Source: a virus
Reading direction: 5' to 3' (one strand)
Length of the DNA: 64,000 nt
Virus record (IMG/VR): IMGVR_UViG_3300017758_000003
Span: 1 to 64,000 of that record
Each line of letters opens with the position of its first letter. The stretch's first letter is position 1. This document shows positions 1 to 9,639 of the stretch, in pieces. The position numbers and the translations under genes were made by a program. The notes beneath the pieces are model-generated. The model had not been told where the DNA came from. It worked only from the letters and a program-made list of their open reading frames with translations, and did no database searches.

Positions 1-1
1 A

Positions 2-187
2 CATCCTCATTCATTTCACGGGGGGACAACAGTTAGTAAAGGTGAAAAGATTGTTATAGTACTTAGAAGTTATAAGAACAATATTCTAACTTACCTATTA
101 CAAATACCATGGGCACTAATACGTTTACTTTATGTTGTAGTGTTCTTTAATAAGGGTATAAGGAAGAATCCTAAAAGCGGGGGATAA
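2..187 (+). CDS. C-terminal fragment of a probable 2OG-Fe(II) oxygenase (prolyl-4-hydroxylase-like), 5' end outside window
   Basis: Frame 2 is open from the window edge: HPHSFHGGTTVSKGEKIVIVLRSY...KSGG*, resembling the distal H..G..V.KGEK motif of P4H-like enzymes. Confidence 0.5.
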   Translation, partial: HPHSFHGGTTVSKGEKIVIVLRSYKNNILTYLLQIPWALIRLLYVVVFFNKGIRKNPKSGG

Positions 188-205
188 ACCAATATCAATA
201 TAGAT
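173..205 (+). repeat. 33-bp direct repeat, copy 1 (AAAAGCGGGGGATAAACCAATATCAATATAGAT)
   Basis: Identical to 1153-1185. Confidence 0.95.
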
Positions 206-222
206 GAAAAAAAAATAACATA

Positions 223-921
223 ATGAATAGGGAGAAAATAGTCAATATTTTAAAAAGGGTACCCAAAAGACAGGGTAAACGAAATGATGGTATTCCATAT
301 AATAGATATGGTTTAATAAAAAAATTATTAATGGAGGAAACCAACCTCACATTAACATCAAACACTTCAATTAGGTACTTGGATCGGTTGTTTTTAAGTG
401 AGGGGTTGGAACATGATATTCTAATAAAAGGATTTTTAAATTATAGGTGGAACTTACAAAGTTGCGTAAGAGTTTTAAAGAGGGGGTTTCTTAAGAAAGA
501 GTGTGAGAAAAACTCTGATTTGGTAAGGGATATACTTGATGATAAGTACAAAAGCATAGATTCTATTAATGAGGAGTTATCTTCTTTATATAAAAATCAC
601 TCACATTATTCCATTTACTTTATTGGGTTTGAGGATGTTCGTACCAATAATTTTATTGATTATTATAAGTTTGGTCAAACCACGAACATTGAAAAAAGGT
701 TGTCGAGTTATGATACAAATAATCCCCATAAACCTGTGGTATTAAGAATGTGGGGGGTCACAAAGAATAATTGTTTCCGAATAGAGAGATCGATAAAATC
801 GTGGGCGGACTCTAAAGGTTTAAGACATAAAAATGAATTCATTTATTACAGTGGTGATCATCAATACTTAAGTGATTCTATTAATAAAATTATTCACAAC
901 AAACACAATGAAGCGGCGTAG
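223..921 (+). CDS. GIY-YIG superfamily (T5orf172/MUG113-like) endonuclease
   Basis: C-terminal YSIYFIG...YYKFGQTTNIEKRLSSYDTNNP...IERSIK...KNEFI pattern. Confidence 0.7.
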   Translation: MNREKIVNILKRVPKRQGKRNDGIPYNRYGLIKKLLMEETNLTLTSNTSIRYLDRLFLSEGLEHDILIKGFLNYRWNLQSCVRVLKRGFLKKECEKNSDLVRDILDDKYKSIDSINEELSSLYKNHSHYSIYFIGFEDVRTNNFIDYYKFGQTTNIEKRLSSYDTNNPHKPVVLRMWGVTKNNCFRIERSIKSWADSKGLRHKNEFIYYSGDHQYLSDSINKIIHNKHNEAA

Positions 922-946
922 TGAGATATAATCAATAGATGGACAT

Positions 947-1183
947 ATGAGAAAAGGTAAGATGTCATCAATAAGGTTAACTTCCAATAGTACGTATGGT
1001 ATGTACAATAATGATGGTACGTTAAAGGTTGAGGGGAAGAAAGAACTAAAGAAGTATCTGAAGATTAAAGAACAGGAACAAAAGTCTATAGATGATTCCA
1101 ATAGACCCAAAAGGATCAGGAGGAAGATAGACGGAGTATGGACCGAAATCTCAAAAGCGGGGGATAAACCAATATCAATATAG
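947..1183 (+). CDS. hypothetical basic protein
   Basis: 78-aa ORF; its C-terminus is encoded by repeat copy 2. Confidence 0.5.
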   Translation: MRKGKMSSIRLTSNSTYGMYNNDGTLKVEGKKELKKYLKIKEQEQKSIDDSNRPKRIRRKIDGVWTEISKAGDKPISI

Positions 1184-1185
1184 AT
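1153..1185 (+). repeat. 33-bp direct repeat, copy 2
   Basis: Identical to 173-205. Confidence 0.95.
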
Positions 1186-1380
1186 AATACTATAGATGAA
1201 ATAGATATAGTTATAGTATATGTTATTCTTAAAACTCATAGGTACTCTAATACTATTCTATATCATAATGAATAGATTCTTCAAATGGTTAGATAAGTAG
1301 AAATACTCAAATACCATACGTACAAATTAAAAAGTATTATACGTACATACATATAGAATATAGATAAAGAACTATAGTAT

Positions 1381-1851
1381 ATGTATAAGAATATAATCCC
1401 AACTCTCATAGTAATAATCTCTCTATTAGGTAATAGTCTATATAGTCAAATAGATTGTAGTCCCTATCATAAGATAAAGAACTACACTATAGAAGAAGGA
1501 GTAAAATATAAATTCTCTATAGGGTTATGTCATCATTACAATAGTGGTTCTATAGACATAGGTTATAAGAATCATTATGTAAGTCTTATCTCTATGACAA
1601 GAAAAATATATAGTAGTATGGTCCCCTTGAATGATGAATTCTATATAGGGTATACGTATGATTATACTATAGGGAAAAAAGGAAATCATCACGTAGGTTC
1701 CACACTCTCATATCAGATCCATAATCATGAACCAGTAGTCAGATTCTATATAGATAAAAGAATCTATAAAGGGTTCTTCTTACATGGATCTTCTATACAG
1801 GTTTCTAATAGAATAAATCATTTGATAGGTGGTCTAAAAGTAGTGATATAG
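1381..1851 (+). CDS. hypothetical exported protein
   Basis: Signal-peptide-like N-terminus (..LGNSLYSQ) and alternating aromatic beta-strand-like segments. Confidence 0.5.
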   Translation: MYKNIIPTLIVIISLLGNSLYSQIDCSPYHKIKNYTIEEGVKYKFSIGLCHHYNSGSIDIGYKNHYVSLISMTRKIYSSMVPLNDEFYIGYTYDYTIGKKGNHHVGSTLSYQIHNHEPVVRFYIDKRIYKGFFLHGSSIQVSNRINHLIGGLKVVI

Positions 1852-2381
1852 TCATACAAATTTATCACTTATCAGTCATACAATTCTACCCCCGAATAAT
1901 CATTTCCAGACCCCCTAAGAACGTCATACATACATAGTACCCATTCGTGTCCATAAGTCATACAATAGTGTCTTAGAATGTACCTATTAGAGTATCTTTT
2001 TGTCGTAGTAAATTAATTAGGTCTACGACACCCGCAATCGATGGTTTTTTACCCTGACATATATATAAACCCTAATTCTACCACTTTTTACCACTTTACT
2101 ACACCACGTAGGGTATTGTGTCCTGTGTGAATGAAAGACACTTTTTCTAAAAATTTATAAAAATGATACTGTTATATGATGTCATACTTAGGATTTTGTA
2201 TAATGAAACGGGTATTATACGGGGTTCAGATCACCCACAGTGTCATACATATAATCATTATAATTTTATACATGATTGTGTTCTATAAATTGTATAATGA
2301 AAATGAAGTAATACACTCATCTATCCCCACCAATATATAAGAATATAAAGTGTATGACATTATACCCTACGGGTGTCATAC
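1851..2381. repeat. cluster of GTCATAC heptamers in intergenic gap
   Basis: Copies at 1851, 1875, 1923, 1957, 2181, 2242, 2352 (reverse), 2375. Confidence 0.8.
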
Positions 2382-2473
2382 ATGTTGTGCCAATTAAAAT
2401 CTTGTCTAGTGTTCCACGGTGAAGGTTCTACAAACCGTGCCAATTAGAATCGGGATGGGCCCCTTCAGGATCT

Positions 2474-3148
2474 CTATGGGTTTTTTTGGTCGAGTCCGAT
2501 AATAGGACCACCATTTATCTGTGGACGAATCTTATATGATTTAAGTTTCTTTCCAAGATCGAAACCAATCTTAGATTCGTTGTCCTCAGAACTAAGGTCC
2601 AACTCTATTTGTGCAATAGATGTCATACGTGGAAGTAAGTTAAGTTCTATATTAATATCTTTTACGGTGTAACCTCTAAGGTACGCTTTCACTATAGTAT
2701 GATCTCTCTTAAGTCTTGTCATACATTCATCTTTCGGGGGGAGATTATCAATACCATATATAGAACGTTTCAGTAATACAATATCGTTTTGTGAATCTCT
2801 AATGTCTACAACAAGTTCTCTACCTTGTGATCTCATGATATTCTTTTTCGTGCCAATTAGAATTACGGACCCTCCTCCTTCGAGTCTGTCTTTGATGGTA
2901 ATCTGTCCAATGAAGATTACACCATCTTCTACTTTAAATTCTTGTTTGATTTGTTCAACTGTATAAGTAAGAATTTGGGATACTGTATCTTGTAGTTGTT
3001 TAGTGTTTGGAACAATATCATTATACTCTATATCTATATACACAGTAAACATATCATCAGATGAACCTTTAACTATTTGAATCTTCCCCGCAAAGTCCTC
3101 ATCGTTTAGTTGTACCGTTTTTCCCTCAAATAAATCAAGTAGTTTCAT
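2474..3148 (-). CDS. hypothetical protein, probably late/virion (start MKLLDLFEG)
   Basis: ORF track 2474..3169; the ATG at 3148 follows a TATTTAT motif at 3155-3161 (minus). Confidence 0.65.
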   Translation of the reverse strand: MKLLDLFEGKTVQLNDEDFAGKIQIVKGSSDDMFTVYIDIEYNDIVPNTKQLQDTVSQILTYTVEQIKQEFKVEDGVIFIGQITIKDRLEGGGSVILIGTKKNIMRSQGRELVVDIRDSQNDIVLLKRSIYGIDNLPPKDECMTRLKRDHTIVKAYLRGYTVKDINIELNLLPRMTSIAQIELDLSSEDNESKIGFDLGKKLKSYKIRPQINGGPIIGLDQKNP

Positions 3149-3352
3149 ATTCTTATAAATATATGCCAATTAGAATCTGAGATGGATCTTCTTCTTGAGT
3201 CAGACTAACTAACATTTGCTAGTTTACCGTGCCAATTAAAATCGTCCCTGATCCGTCGGGAATCTTGATGGAATAAAAAAAGGAGCCCATTTATAATGAA
3301 CTCCTTAATTCCAGCGTTTGTCGTAATCGATTACTTAAACTATGATAGATGC

Positions 3353-3547
3353 TTATGCAACTGCCTTTTGTTTCAGTAACTGATTTCGGAACTTGACCGC
3401 CTTCGCTTTGTTAGTGAAGTACTCGTCATACTGTGTTCCTTTGATCGACACTCTTACTCTGTACTTGTTACCATTGCCATTAGTGACTTGGTACATGTTG
3501 TTACCGAGATTAGTGTAGCTGTAAGTAGATGTGGTTGTTCTTCCCAT
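3353..3547 (-). CDS. stand-alone AP2-like DNA-binding domain protein
   Basis: NMYQV..NKYRVRVSIKGTQYDEYFTNKAKAVKFRNQL matches the 3-strand + helix AP2 pattern; upstream TTGACT-N17-TATACT; downstream terminator. Confidence 0.6.
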   Translation of the reverse strand: MGRTTTSTYSYTNLGNNMYQVTNGNGNKYRVRVSIKGTQYDEYFTNKAKAVKFRNQLLKQKAVA

Positions 3548-3734
3548 AATTTCTAATTACTAATTTTTGAACATTTATACAACCTATTTGACCAGGTTAT
3601 ACTAAAGTATACGTAATTAAAGCAAGAAAGTCAACCCCCCCGCTTGGGAGTTCATTATATTTCAACATGTCAAAGAACTAAATAGTGTGTGTGTGTGCCG
3701 ATTAGAATTGATCCTGTCTTCAGGATCCTGATCC

Positions 3735-3911
3735 TTATAGGATTCCTATACGATGCATCACGTAAAGTAGAATCATAAGACCCGCTCCGTACGTAACTGT
3801 GTAAAATTGAAACCTCTGCATATTTTCCCACTTCTCTTTAGTTCTTCCTTGTCTGTACATGTTATCCTCTTCTACAGTAGATAACATTTTTTCTTTTAAA
3901 TTTTCTCTCAT
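3735..3911 (-). CDS. small hypothetical membrane protein (58 aa, below ORF-track cutoff)
   Basis: MRENLKEK...YGAGLMILLYVMHRIGIL*. Confidence 0.5.
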   Translation of the reverse strand: MRENLKEKMLSTVEEDNMYRQGRTKEKWENMQRFQFYTVTYGAGLMILLYVMHRIGIL

Positions 3912-3936
3912 ATGTGAAACGTTTTAATATTAATAA

Positions 3937-4071
3937 CTAGTCTATTTTGTGTCTGACTCTGTCAGCCCACGAGGAGATGTAGTTATTTTCCTCCTCAAGG
4001 GATTTATCAAATTCTTCTTGAGTCATCCCCATGCTCTTTAACTCTTCAGGTGTTAGTACTATCTTTTCCAT
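3937..4071 (-). CDS. small acidic hypothetical protein (44 aa)
   Basis: MEKIVLTPEELKSMGMTQEEFDKSLEEENNYISSWADRVRHKID*. Confidence 0.5.
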   Translation of the reverse strand: MEKIVLTPEELKSMGMTQEEFDKSLEEENNYISSWADRVRHKID

Positions 4072-4194
4072 AATTTAACTTATCTAGTCTTTGCTGTAGT
4101 TTTTGAATAAACATTTTAATCTCGGGTGTCTGTTCTACCTTTTGTTTATATAGTCTCATTGTTTCTAAGATCATTCTATGGTCTTCACTTCTAC

Positions 4195-4413
4195 TCATCT
4201 CCTGTGCCGATTAAATTGTGCATCACCATCCTGATCCTTGTTGTTTAAATCAAGCTGTCTACCAAAGAAGTACATTAACTTCTTTTCTGCAGTTTTCATA
4301 GATTCTTCATCTCTTACTTCTGCAGCCTCTTCCCATTTACCCATCCAATAGGATATCTTGGGAAGGAATCCGTGTGGGTATTTCCCATCATAAGTTTTAC
4401 CATTCTTCTCCAT
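4195..4413 (-). CDS. hypothetical early protein
   Basis: ORF in co-oriented early cluster. Confidence 0.6.
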   Translation of the reverse strand: MEKNGKTYDGKYPHGFLPKISYWMGKWEEAAEVRDEESMKTAEKKLMYFFGRQLDLNNKDQDGDAQFNRHRR

Positions 4414-4888
4414 ACAAATTGTTTTTTATGTCTTTTTCTAATTGAACTTCCTTTATCTCTACTAGATCCACGTTTAGAAATTCTTCTACTTGAACCTTTT
4501 TAACATATAAGGTTTTATCCTCAATGTAAATGTCACCTTCGAACCCGTCCAAATCACTATAGGGTATATCGTTACACACCCAATGTGGTTTGACTTTCGG
4601 ATTATAAGAAATCTTAACACATTCCTGCCGATTAAAATCCGACAGGTCCTGAGATCCTGATGGAAATGATATCCACGAACACACTGTTTTGTTGGAACCT
4701 CCATGAATTTGATTGGCAACATTCTTTCTATTATTTAATTTACCATTCGTTATAGTATAAACGAATTCACTCGGACTATAGTACTCAAGTATACCATCTA
4801 CTTTATTTCTTAATTGCCACTTCATGAAGTTTACTCCTTTACCTAAGTGGAATCTTAACCTGTTATCTCTTTTAAATTTCATATTCAA
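4397..4888 (-). CDS. hypothetical early protein
   Basis: ORF in co-oriented early cluster. Confidence 0.65.
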   Translation of the reverse strand: MNMKFKRDNRLRFHLGKGVNFMKWQLRNKVDGILEYYSPSEFVYTITNGKLNNRKNVANQIHGGSNKTVCSWISFPSGSQDLSDFNRQECVKISYNPKVKPHWVCNDIPYSDLDGFEGDIYIEDKTLYVKKVQVEEFLNVDLVEIKEVQLEKDIKNNLYGEEW

Positions 4889-5019
4889 CCTCCATTTCTT
4901 CTATTAATAAATTCTCGTTTGTTTTACAGTCGGGACACACCTGTTGAAATGTGCCAAGTACTTTATGTGGAAGGAGTTCTTCAGTGGTCCCATCCCACAT
5001 ACAGTAGTTACATTCTACA

Positions 5020-5598
5020 TTAATCATAATACCCCTCCTCTAAAAGTTCTTCTTCTCTTTCTTCTTCACTCTGAAGAAAAGTTACCTTAATCCCGTGAAC
5101 CATATCGTCCATCTTACAGATTTCTAACTTGTACATACCATCACCATAACCTGTTGATGATACAACTCCCGATTCATAGGTACCCCACTGTTCCTCCCTT
5201 AAGGTACGATCACACATTTTGACGTACCACTTTTCACCTTTTTCTTTAGTTGGTCTGAAGGGGTGATCACCAAACGGATCTCCCTTATCAGTTAACCATG
5301 GTAATTTCTTTGATAGTTTATCATTACGGTAGGATGTCATACAGCAGATACTCATCTGTCCACTGTCAACAGCGACATTACCCAAATCCTCCCATACAGG
5401 AGTTTGAATATTTTCGTGAAGTACACTGAGTGATGCGATTCTATCACCCCAATCACCCTCATCGGATTTTACCACCTCTGTGTCATACACACCAGGTCGC
5501 ATATTATTAATTTGAGTGTTGAACCACCCATCTACATCGTCATAACATGGGTCGGATACTATAACTTTTCCACCCAAACGGATTTGATTTTTTTTCAT
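5020..5598 (-). CDS. DUF4241-like protein
   Basis: VIVSDPCY, VAVDSGQMSIC and STGYGDGMY motifs. Confidence 0.65.
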   Translation of the reverse strand: MKKNQIRLGGKVIVSDPCYDDVDGWFNTQINNMRPGVYDTEVVKSDEGDWGDRIASLSVLHENIQTPVWEDLGNVAVDSGQMSICCMTSYRNDKLSKKLPWLTDKGDPFGDHPFRPTKEKGEKWYVKMCDRTLREEQWGTYESGVVSSTGYGDGMYKLEICKMDDMVHGIKVTFLQSEEEREEELLEEGYYD

Positions 5599-5735
5599 TG
5601 TAACACCTTTAAAATTATAACTCGAATATACTAGTTATTTTTGGAATATACTAACTTATGTCATACATTCCGTGCCGATTAGAATTCGCTCCCGTAGGGA
5701 CCGTGATCAGGATTCTTTCGGATATATTTATATTT

Positions 5736-6053
5736 CTACTGATGATCATCTACCAATAATTTATAATTAACTTCTAACAGTTGGTCAAGAATGTATGACA
5801 CTGTCTCTACATCTATTCCCTTTACTTCGAAATCGATATCATCACCTATTGAATCTCTACCCGTAAGTAGTCCTTCTTCAGTGATTCCCGTACAAACCCA
5901 TGTTTCAGGGTCAGTTAGACCCGTAACATCAACACTTATTTGGAACATCCTATCGAACTCGATTGGGTTTCCCTTAAGTTCATCCTTTATATAACGGACG
6001 ACTTTGGTTCGTACTTTGTGTTTATAATCTTCTAATAATTGAACGTATGACAT
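5736..6053 (-). CDS. hypothetical early protein
   Basis: 105-aa ORF. Confidence 0.6.
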   Translation of the reverse strand: MSYVQLLEDYKHKVRTKVVRYIKDELKGNPIEFDRMFQISVDVTGLTDPETWVCTGITEEGLLTGRDSIGDDIDFEVKGIDVETVSYILDQLLEVNYKLLVDDHQ

Positions 6054-6085
6054 ATACTAATTTTAATTAAACAAACGTGAAGTCA

Positions 6086-6562
6086 CTATTTCTTAGTGAG
6101 TTTCACATAAAGGTTTTTGTTCTCGGCAATTACCGAGTCCATGGCCACCGAGATTCTCTCATGTGCCTTTTTCATAAACGTTAGATCTTTCGATAACATA
6201 TCAATATCATCACCATCAATATCTGTTTTACCAACGATGACTCTGATATCTTTAGTACTTCCACCACGTCTAAAAAATGGGGAACGTGCATAAATGTACT
6301 CGTCCCTAATCACCGAGAGCTTGATCTCAGTAACATTTTCTTTGGCACGGAGTTGAAGAATGATTTCCTCAAGTAGTGCCACAGTATCGAATTGTGTCTT
6401 CCACTTAGTTACTACTGATTTGTAGTAATTCGTAAAGTCAGTAAGTTCCCCACTCATTTTATCGGGTGATTGATTTAAGAACAATTCGAATTGTGAAAGT
6501 TCCTTATCGGTACCAACAACTTGAGTGAAAACTCCATTTACATGTTTTATCTGTTTCGCCAT
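6086..6562 (-). CDS. hypothetical early protein (probable start MAKQIK)
   Basis: ORF track 6086..6604, whose upstream extension overlaps a TGCC box. Confidence 0.6.
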   Translation of the reverse strand: MAKQIKHVNGVFTQVVGTDKELSQFELFLNQSPDKMSGELTDFTNYYKSVVTKWKTQFDTVALLEEIILQLRAKENVTEIKLSVIRDEYIYARSPFFRRGGSTKDIRVIVGKTDIDGDDIDMLSKDLTFMKKAHERISVAMDSVIAENKNLYVKLTKK

Positions 6563-6790
6563 ATTATATTTAAATTTAAAGTTATACTTAATCTCTCTTG
6601 CCAATTAGAATCGGAACAGGTCCCTGATCCTCCTTGGTCTTTCTTTATTTTTTTTCTTTCGCTAATATAATCATTATATCATTTAGTTATTAGTAAATAA
6701 CTTAGAGTGCTTATCCATTATTGGCTGACACTATCTCAGAATAGTCAGTGGTATTGCTTGACTCATTGCTCTAAGTTAATTTCTATATAA

Positions 6791-7519
6791 TTAAAAAGGT
6801 AGGTCATCTACTTCTTCCACAGTATCCAACGAAGGTGTCCCATCACTTTGAATTTTGCCAGGTTCATCCATTTCAGGTTTTACCTTACTGAAATTTTCTT
6901 TTAATTCCTTCATAACCTCATCTACCAATTCTTCTTTCTCAGAATCATTAAGGAATTCATACCAGTTCTCCATTTCTTCAAGAACTTCCTTTCTTGATGG
7001 TATTTTCTCAACATCAAAGTTCTCTACGAAACTTTCTCTACCATAACCTTCCCATTCTCTATCATACCATTCGGCATATCCCTCGAATGCATAAATTCCT
7101 CCTTGGTATGAATAATCCTCCTCCTCCATTATTTGTCCATTGGAAATTTTACATTTACCACAGAAATCACCGCCAGGTTCTTCGTAATACATCTCAACAC
7201 TTAGAGAGTAAAGTTCAGAACATTGTCTCCAAAATTCCATTGGTGGACTCCAAGCTGTATCATCACTCCAACTCCCCTCATCATCATCAGTAAATTCAAA
7301 TCCTTTTGAATCTACATCCCACTTTGTTCCATAACGAGCGATGTTGTGGTTATACCACCCACCATCATTAAACTTCTCATCTGTAATAGATTCATCTCTA
7401 CCGATAAGTTTTTCAAACATATTTATTTTGTCATCACCATTTTCAATGATTGACTTCATTTTACGGATGTCTTTTGAATCACCTGTAAAGTTTACCGAAT
7501 TGTAACACCAGTTTGGCAT
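6791..7519 (-). CDS. YubB/DUF1281-like ferredoxin-fold protein
   Basis: MPNWCYN start, WYNHNIARYGTKWD, DTAWSPP, YYEEPGGDFCG. Confidence 0.7.
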   Translation of the reverse strand: MPNWCYNSVNFTGDSKDIRKMKSIIENGDDKINMFEKLIGRDESITDEKFNDGGWYNHNIARYGTKWDVDSKGFEFTDDDEGSWSDDTAWSPPMEFWRQCSELYSLSVEMYYEEPGGDFCGKCKISNGQIMEEEDYSYQGGIYAFEGYAEWYDREWEGYGRESFVENFDVEKIPSRKEVLEEMENWYEFLNDSEKEELVDEVMKELKENFSKVKPEMDEPGKIQSDGTPSLDTVEEVDDLPF

Positions 7520-7583
7520 AATTTATAGTTTTAAGTTATTACGATTATATTTTAATATGTAAAGATATAACATTTTTATCTTT

Positions 7584-7994
7584 TTACCACCAGGAACTAT
7601 AATAAACATCATATCCCTTTCTAATGGCTATTAGTGCCTCTTCAACAAATCCAAGGTCTTCTTCTTTATATTCTTCAGATGAATCATCCCCAAAAAAGAA
7701 ACCACAGGTATCAGGAAGTTTACCCGTTTTAATATCCTCCTCAAGAGTTTCTAAATCCTCCCAAGTTAATTGGACATTTACACAATTAAACTCAGATGAC
7801 TCACCACCCTTTTCATAGTAAAGGTCACTCATCCATCCTTGGAGATGCGGGTGTTTCCTCCAATAGTGGAGTTCTTTCTTATCTGTCAGAACTTCGTGTT
7901 CTTGTGTTTCTTCGTTGTATTTCTCTGTTTGGAAATCAACAGGTTTTTTAATGAACCCCTTTTTTACTCTATATGCGAATTGGTCTAATCCCAT
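7584..7994 (-). CDS. conserved phage protein (MGLD...YWRKH...YSSWW type)
   Basis: Pattern common in phage early regions; function unknown. Confidence 0.7.
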   Translation of the reverse strand: MGLDQFAYRVKKGFIKKPVDFQTEKYNEETQEHEVLTDKKELHYWRKHPHLQGWMSDLYYEKGGESSEFNCVNVQLTWEDLETLEEDIKTGKLPDTCGFFFGDDSSEEYKEEDLGFVEEALIAIRKGYDVYYSSWW

Positions 7995-8023
7995 TGTTTT
8001 ATTTTTTATTGATTACTATATAA

Positions 8024-8054
8024 CAAAGATAACCATTATATTGTAAACACCAAA
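8024..8054 (-). promoter_or_regulatory. Bacteroidota-type housekeeping promoter
   Basis: TTTG-N19-TATCTTTG. Confidence 0.85.
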
Positions 8055-8259
8055 CTATAATGGTTATATTTTTATGCCAATTACATTAAGGGAGGACTCA
8101 GGATCCTGATCTGATCACCTTGGGATTTACTATTTTATTCGGCATACTGTCGTACATGTGCCAATTAGATTTGAACAGGTGATCGGCATGCATAATAAAT
8201 TGAGCATAAAAAAAACCCCACTAACTAAAGTGAGGTCTTTATTTGTTAATGAAGTTTTA

Positions 8260-8787
8260 TTAGGTGTGCATATCGACATAAACAACATACTTCTTATTCG
8301 TAGGGTCATCATTTTCTAATTGAGATATATGCATTTGAGTAACACCACATTCTCCTAATTCCCATTCATAGAAGTAGTCTTGTAATACATCAAACTCTCG
8401 ACCTCGTTTATCTAAACCAATTTTTACTGTTTCGATTTGAAACATATCTTCACAATATTTCTTGGCACTATACCAATCGAAAGGACTTTTATGTTTACCC
8501 TCACTACATTTGATAAAGTTATCTTTATGGTAGTCCTCGACTTTCATCCACCCAACAACTTGCCGATTAATATCCTCAACAGTGGTCCCTTCATGTGGAC
8601 ACCACCTCGAATTACCCCATTCTTTATTTTTGTCATACGTGGAATACACTTCGTTATCCTCACTAATACAACCACCAATAGTTCTCCAATTATTTTCAGT
8701 TCCCCATCCTGATATTTCCGTTTCAACAGCATCGCAAGCCTCTTGTGGGGAAGAGGCGTTTACGACACAAAAATGTAGGTTATGCAT
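8260..8787 (-). CDS. hypothetical early protein (probable start MHNLHF)
   Basis: ORF track 8260..8835. Confidence 0.65.
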   Translation of the reverse strand: MHNLHFCVVNASSPQEACDAVETEISGWGTENNWRTIGGCISEDNEVYSTYDKNKEWGNSRWCPHEGTTVEDINRQVVGWMKVEDYHKDNFIKCSEGKHKSPFDWYSAKKYCEDMFQIETVKIGLDKRGREFDVLQDYFYEWELGECGVTQMHISQLENDDPTNKKYVVYVDMHT

Positions 8788-9262
8788 AATCTTTAGTTTT
8801 AGAGTATTCAATTCCTTCTTCTCCAAACAATTCAACTTTTAAAGCTTGTCGTTGTTCGTCGTAGTCCGAATGATTTTGTGATTTCCATTCTTCATAAAAA
8901 TTCTCTTTCCACCAACTATCCTCACACAATACCCGTATTACATCATAAGATATGTCTTTGTAATTTTCTTCGGCATATCCGTAAAGGTTTTGTTTGTGAT
9001 TTCTCTTTGGTACGAACTTACCCTCATCTGCATAATCCCCACTAACTACGATATTATCTCCTGCCCAAGAACCCACAAGTGGATTATCACTTCTCAAATC
9101 TCCACCCCCACGATTATTTCCATCGGCGAGTAGAATAGCAAGTCCTTGCATTATTGATTGTCTGTCTGATGAAAACTCCATCAACTTTGCACCACTACCA
9201 AATGCGTGTGGTGTCATTACTTCTCCTTTTGTGGTATTAACCACTTTATAATACTGTCCCAT
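8780..9262 (-). CDS. conserved phage protein (MGQYY...KLMEF...WAGD type)
   Basis: Recognisable motif pattern; function unknown. Confidence 0.7.
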   Translation of the reverse strand: MGQYYKVVNTTKGEVMTPHAFGSGAKLMEFSSDRQSIMQGLAILLADGNNRGGGDLRSDNPLVGSWAGDNIVVSGDYADEGKFVPKRNHKQNLYGYAEENYKDISYDVIRVLCEDSWWKENFYEEWKSQNHSDYDEQRQALKVELFGEEGIEYSKTKDYA

Positions 9263-9264
9263 AA

Positions 9265-9538
9265 TTAAAATGTTATTTTAGTTGATACTTCATTAACAAC
9301 AGAGTACGACGACTTATTAATAGTCTCCTTTATTCTGTTAGAAAATTCCTCTCTTGTTTCTTCTTCGTGAACTTTGTCGATAGGTAGACTAATACCTAAA
9401 TTAGATATTGCAAATGGTGTTCCACTCGAAGAGTGTCCCCCAAATAACGAATACCTAATTGAACCTTCACTTAACCTACAAACTAATGTTTTAGGATTTC
9501 CGTAGACATCTTTAAGATGTAAATGTGATAACTTCATG
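9265..9538 (-). CDS. hypothetical early protein (probable start MKLSHL, approximate)
   Basis: ORF track 9265..9603; promoter 9568-9599 lies within the annotated extension. Confidence 0.55.
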
Positions 9539-9567
9539 ATTATTATTTTTAAATGATTACTAATACC

Positions 9568-9599
9568 CAAATATAATACTTTTTTCTTTATACACCAAA
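9568..9599 (-). promoter_or_regulatory. Bacteroidota-type promoter
   Basis: TTTG-N20-TATATTTG. Confidence 0.85.
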
Positions 9600-9639
9600 A
9601 CAATCTATCTTTTTTCTCTGCCGAATAGATTAATGGCAG

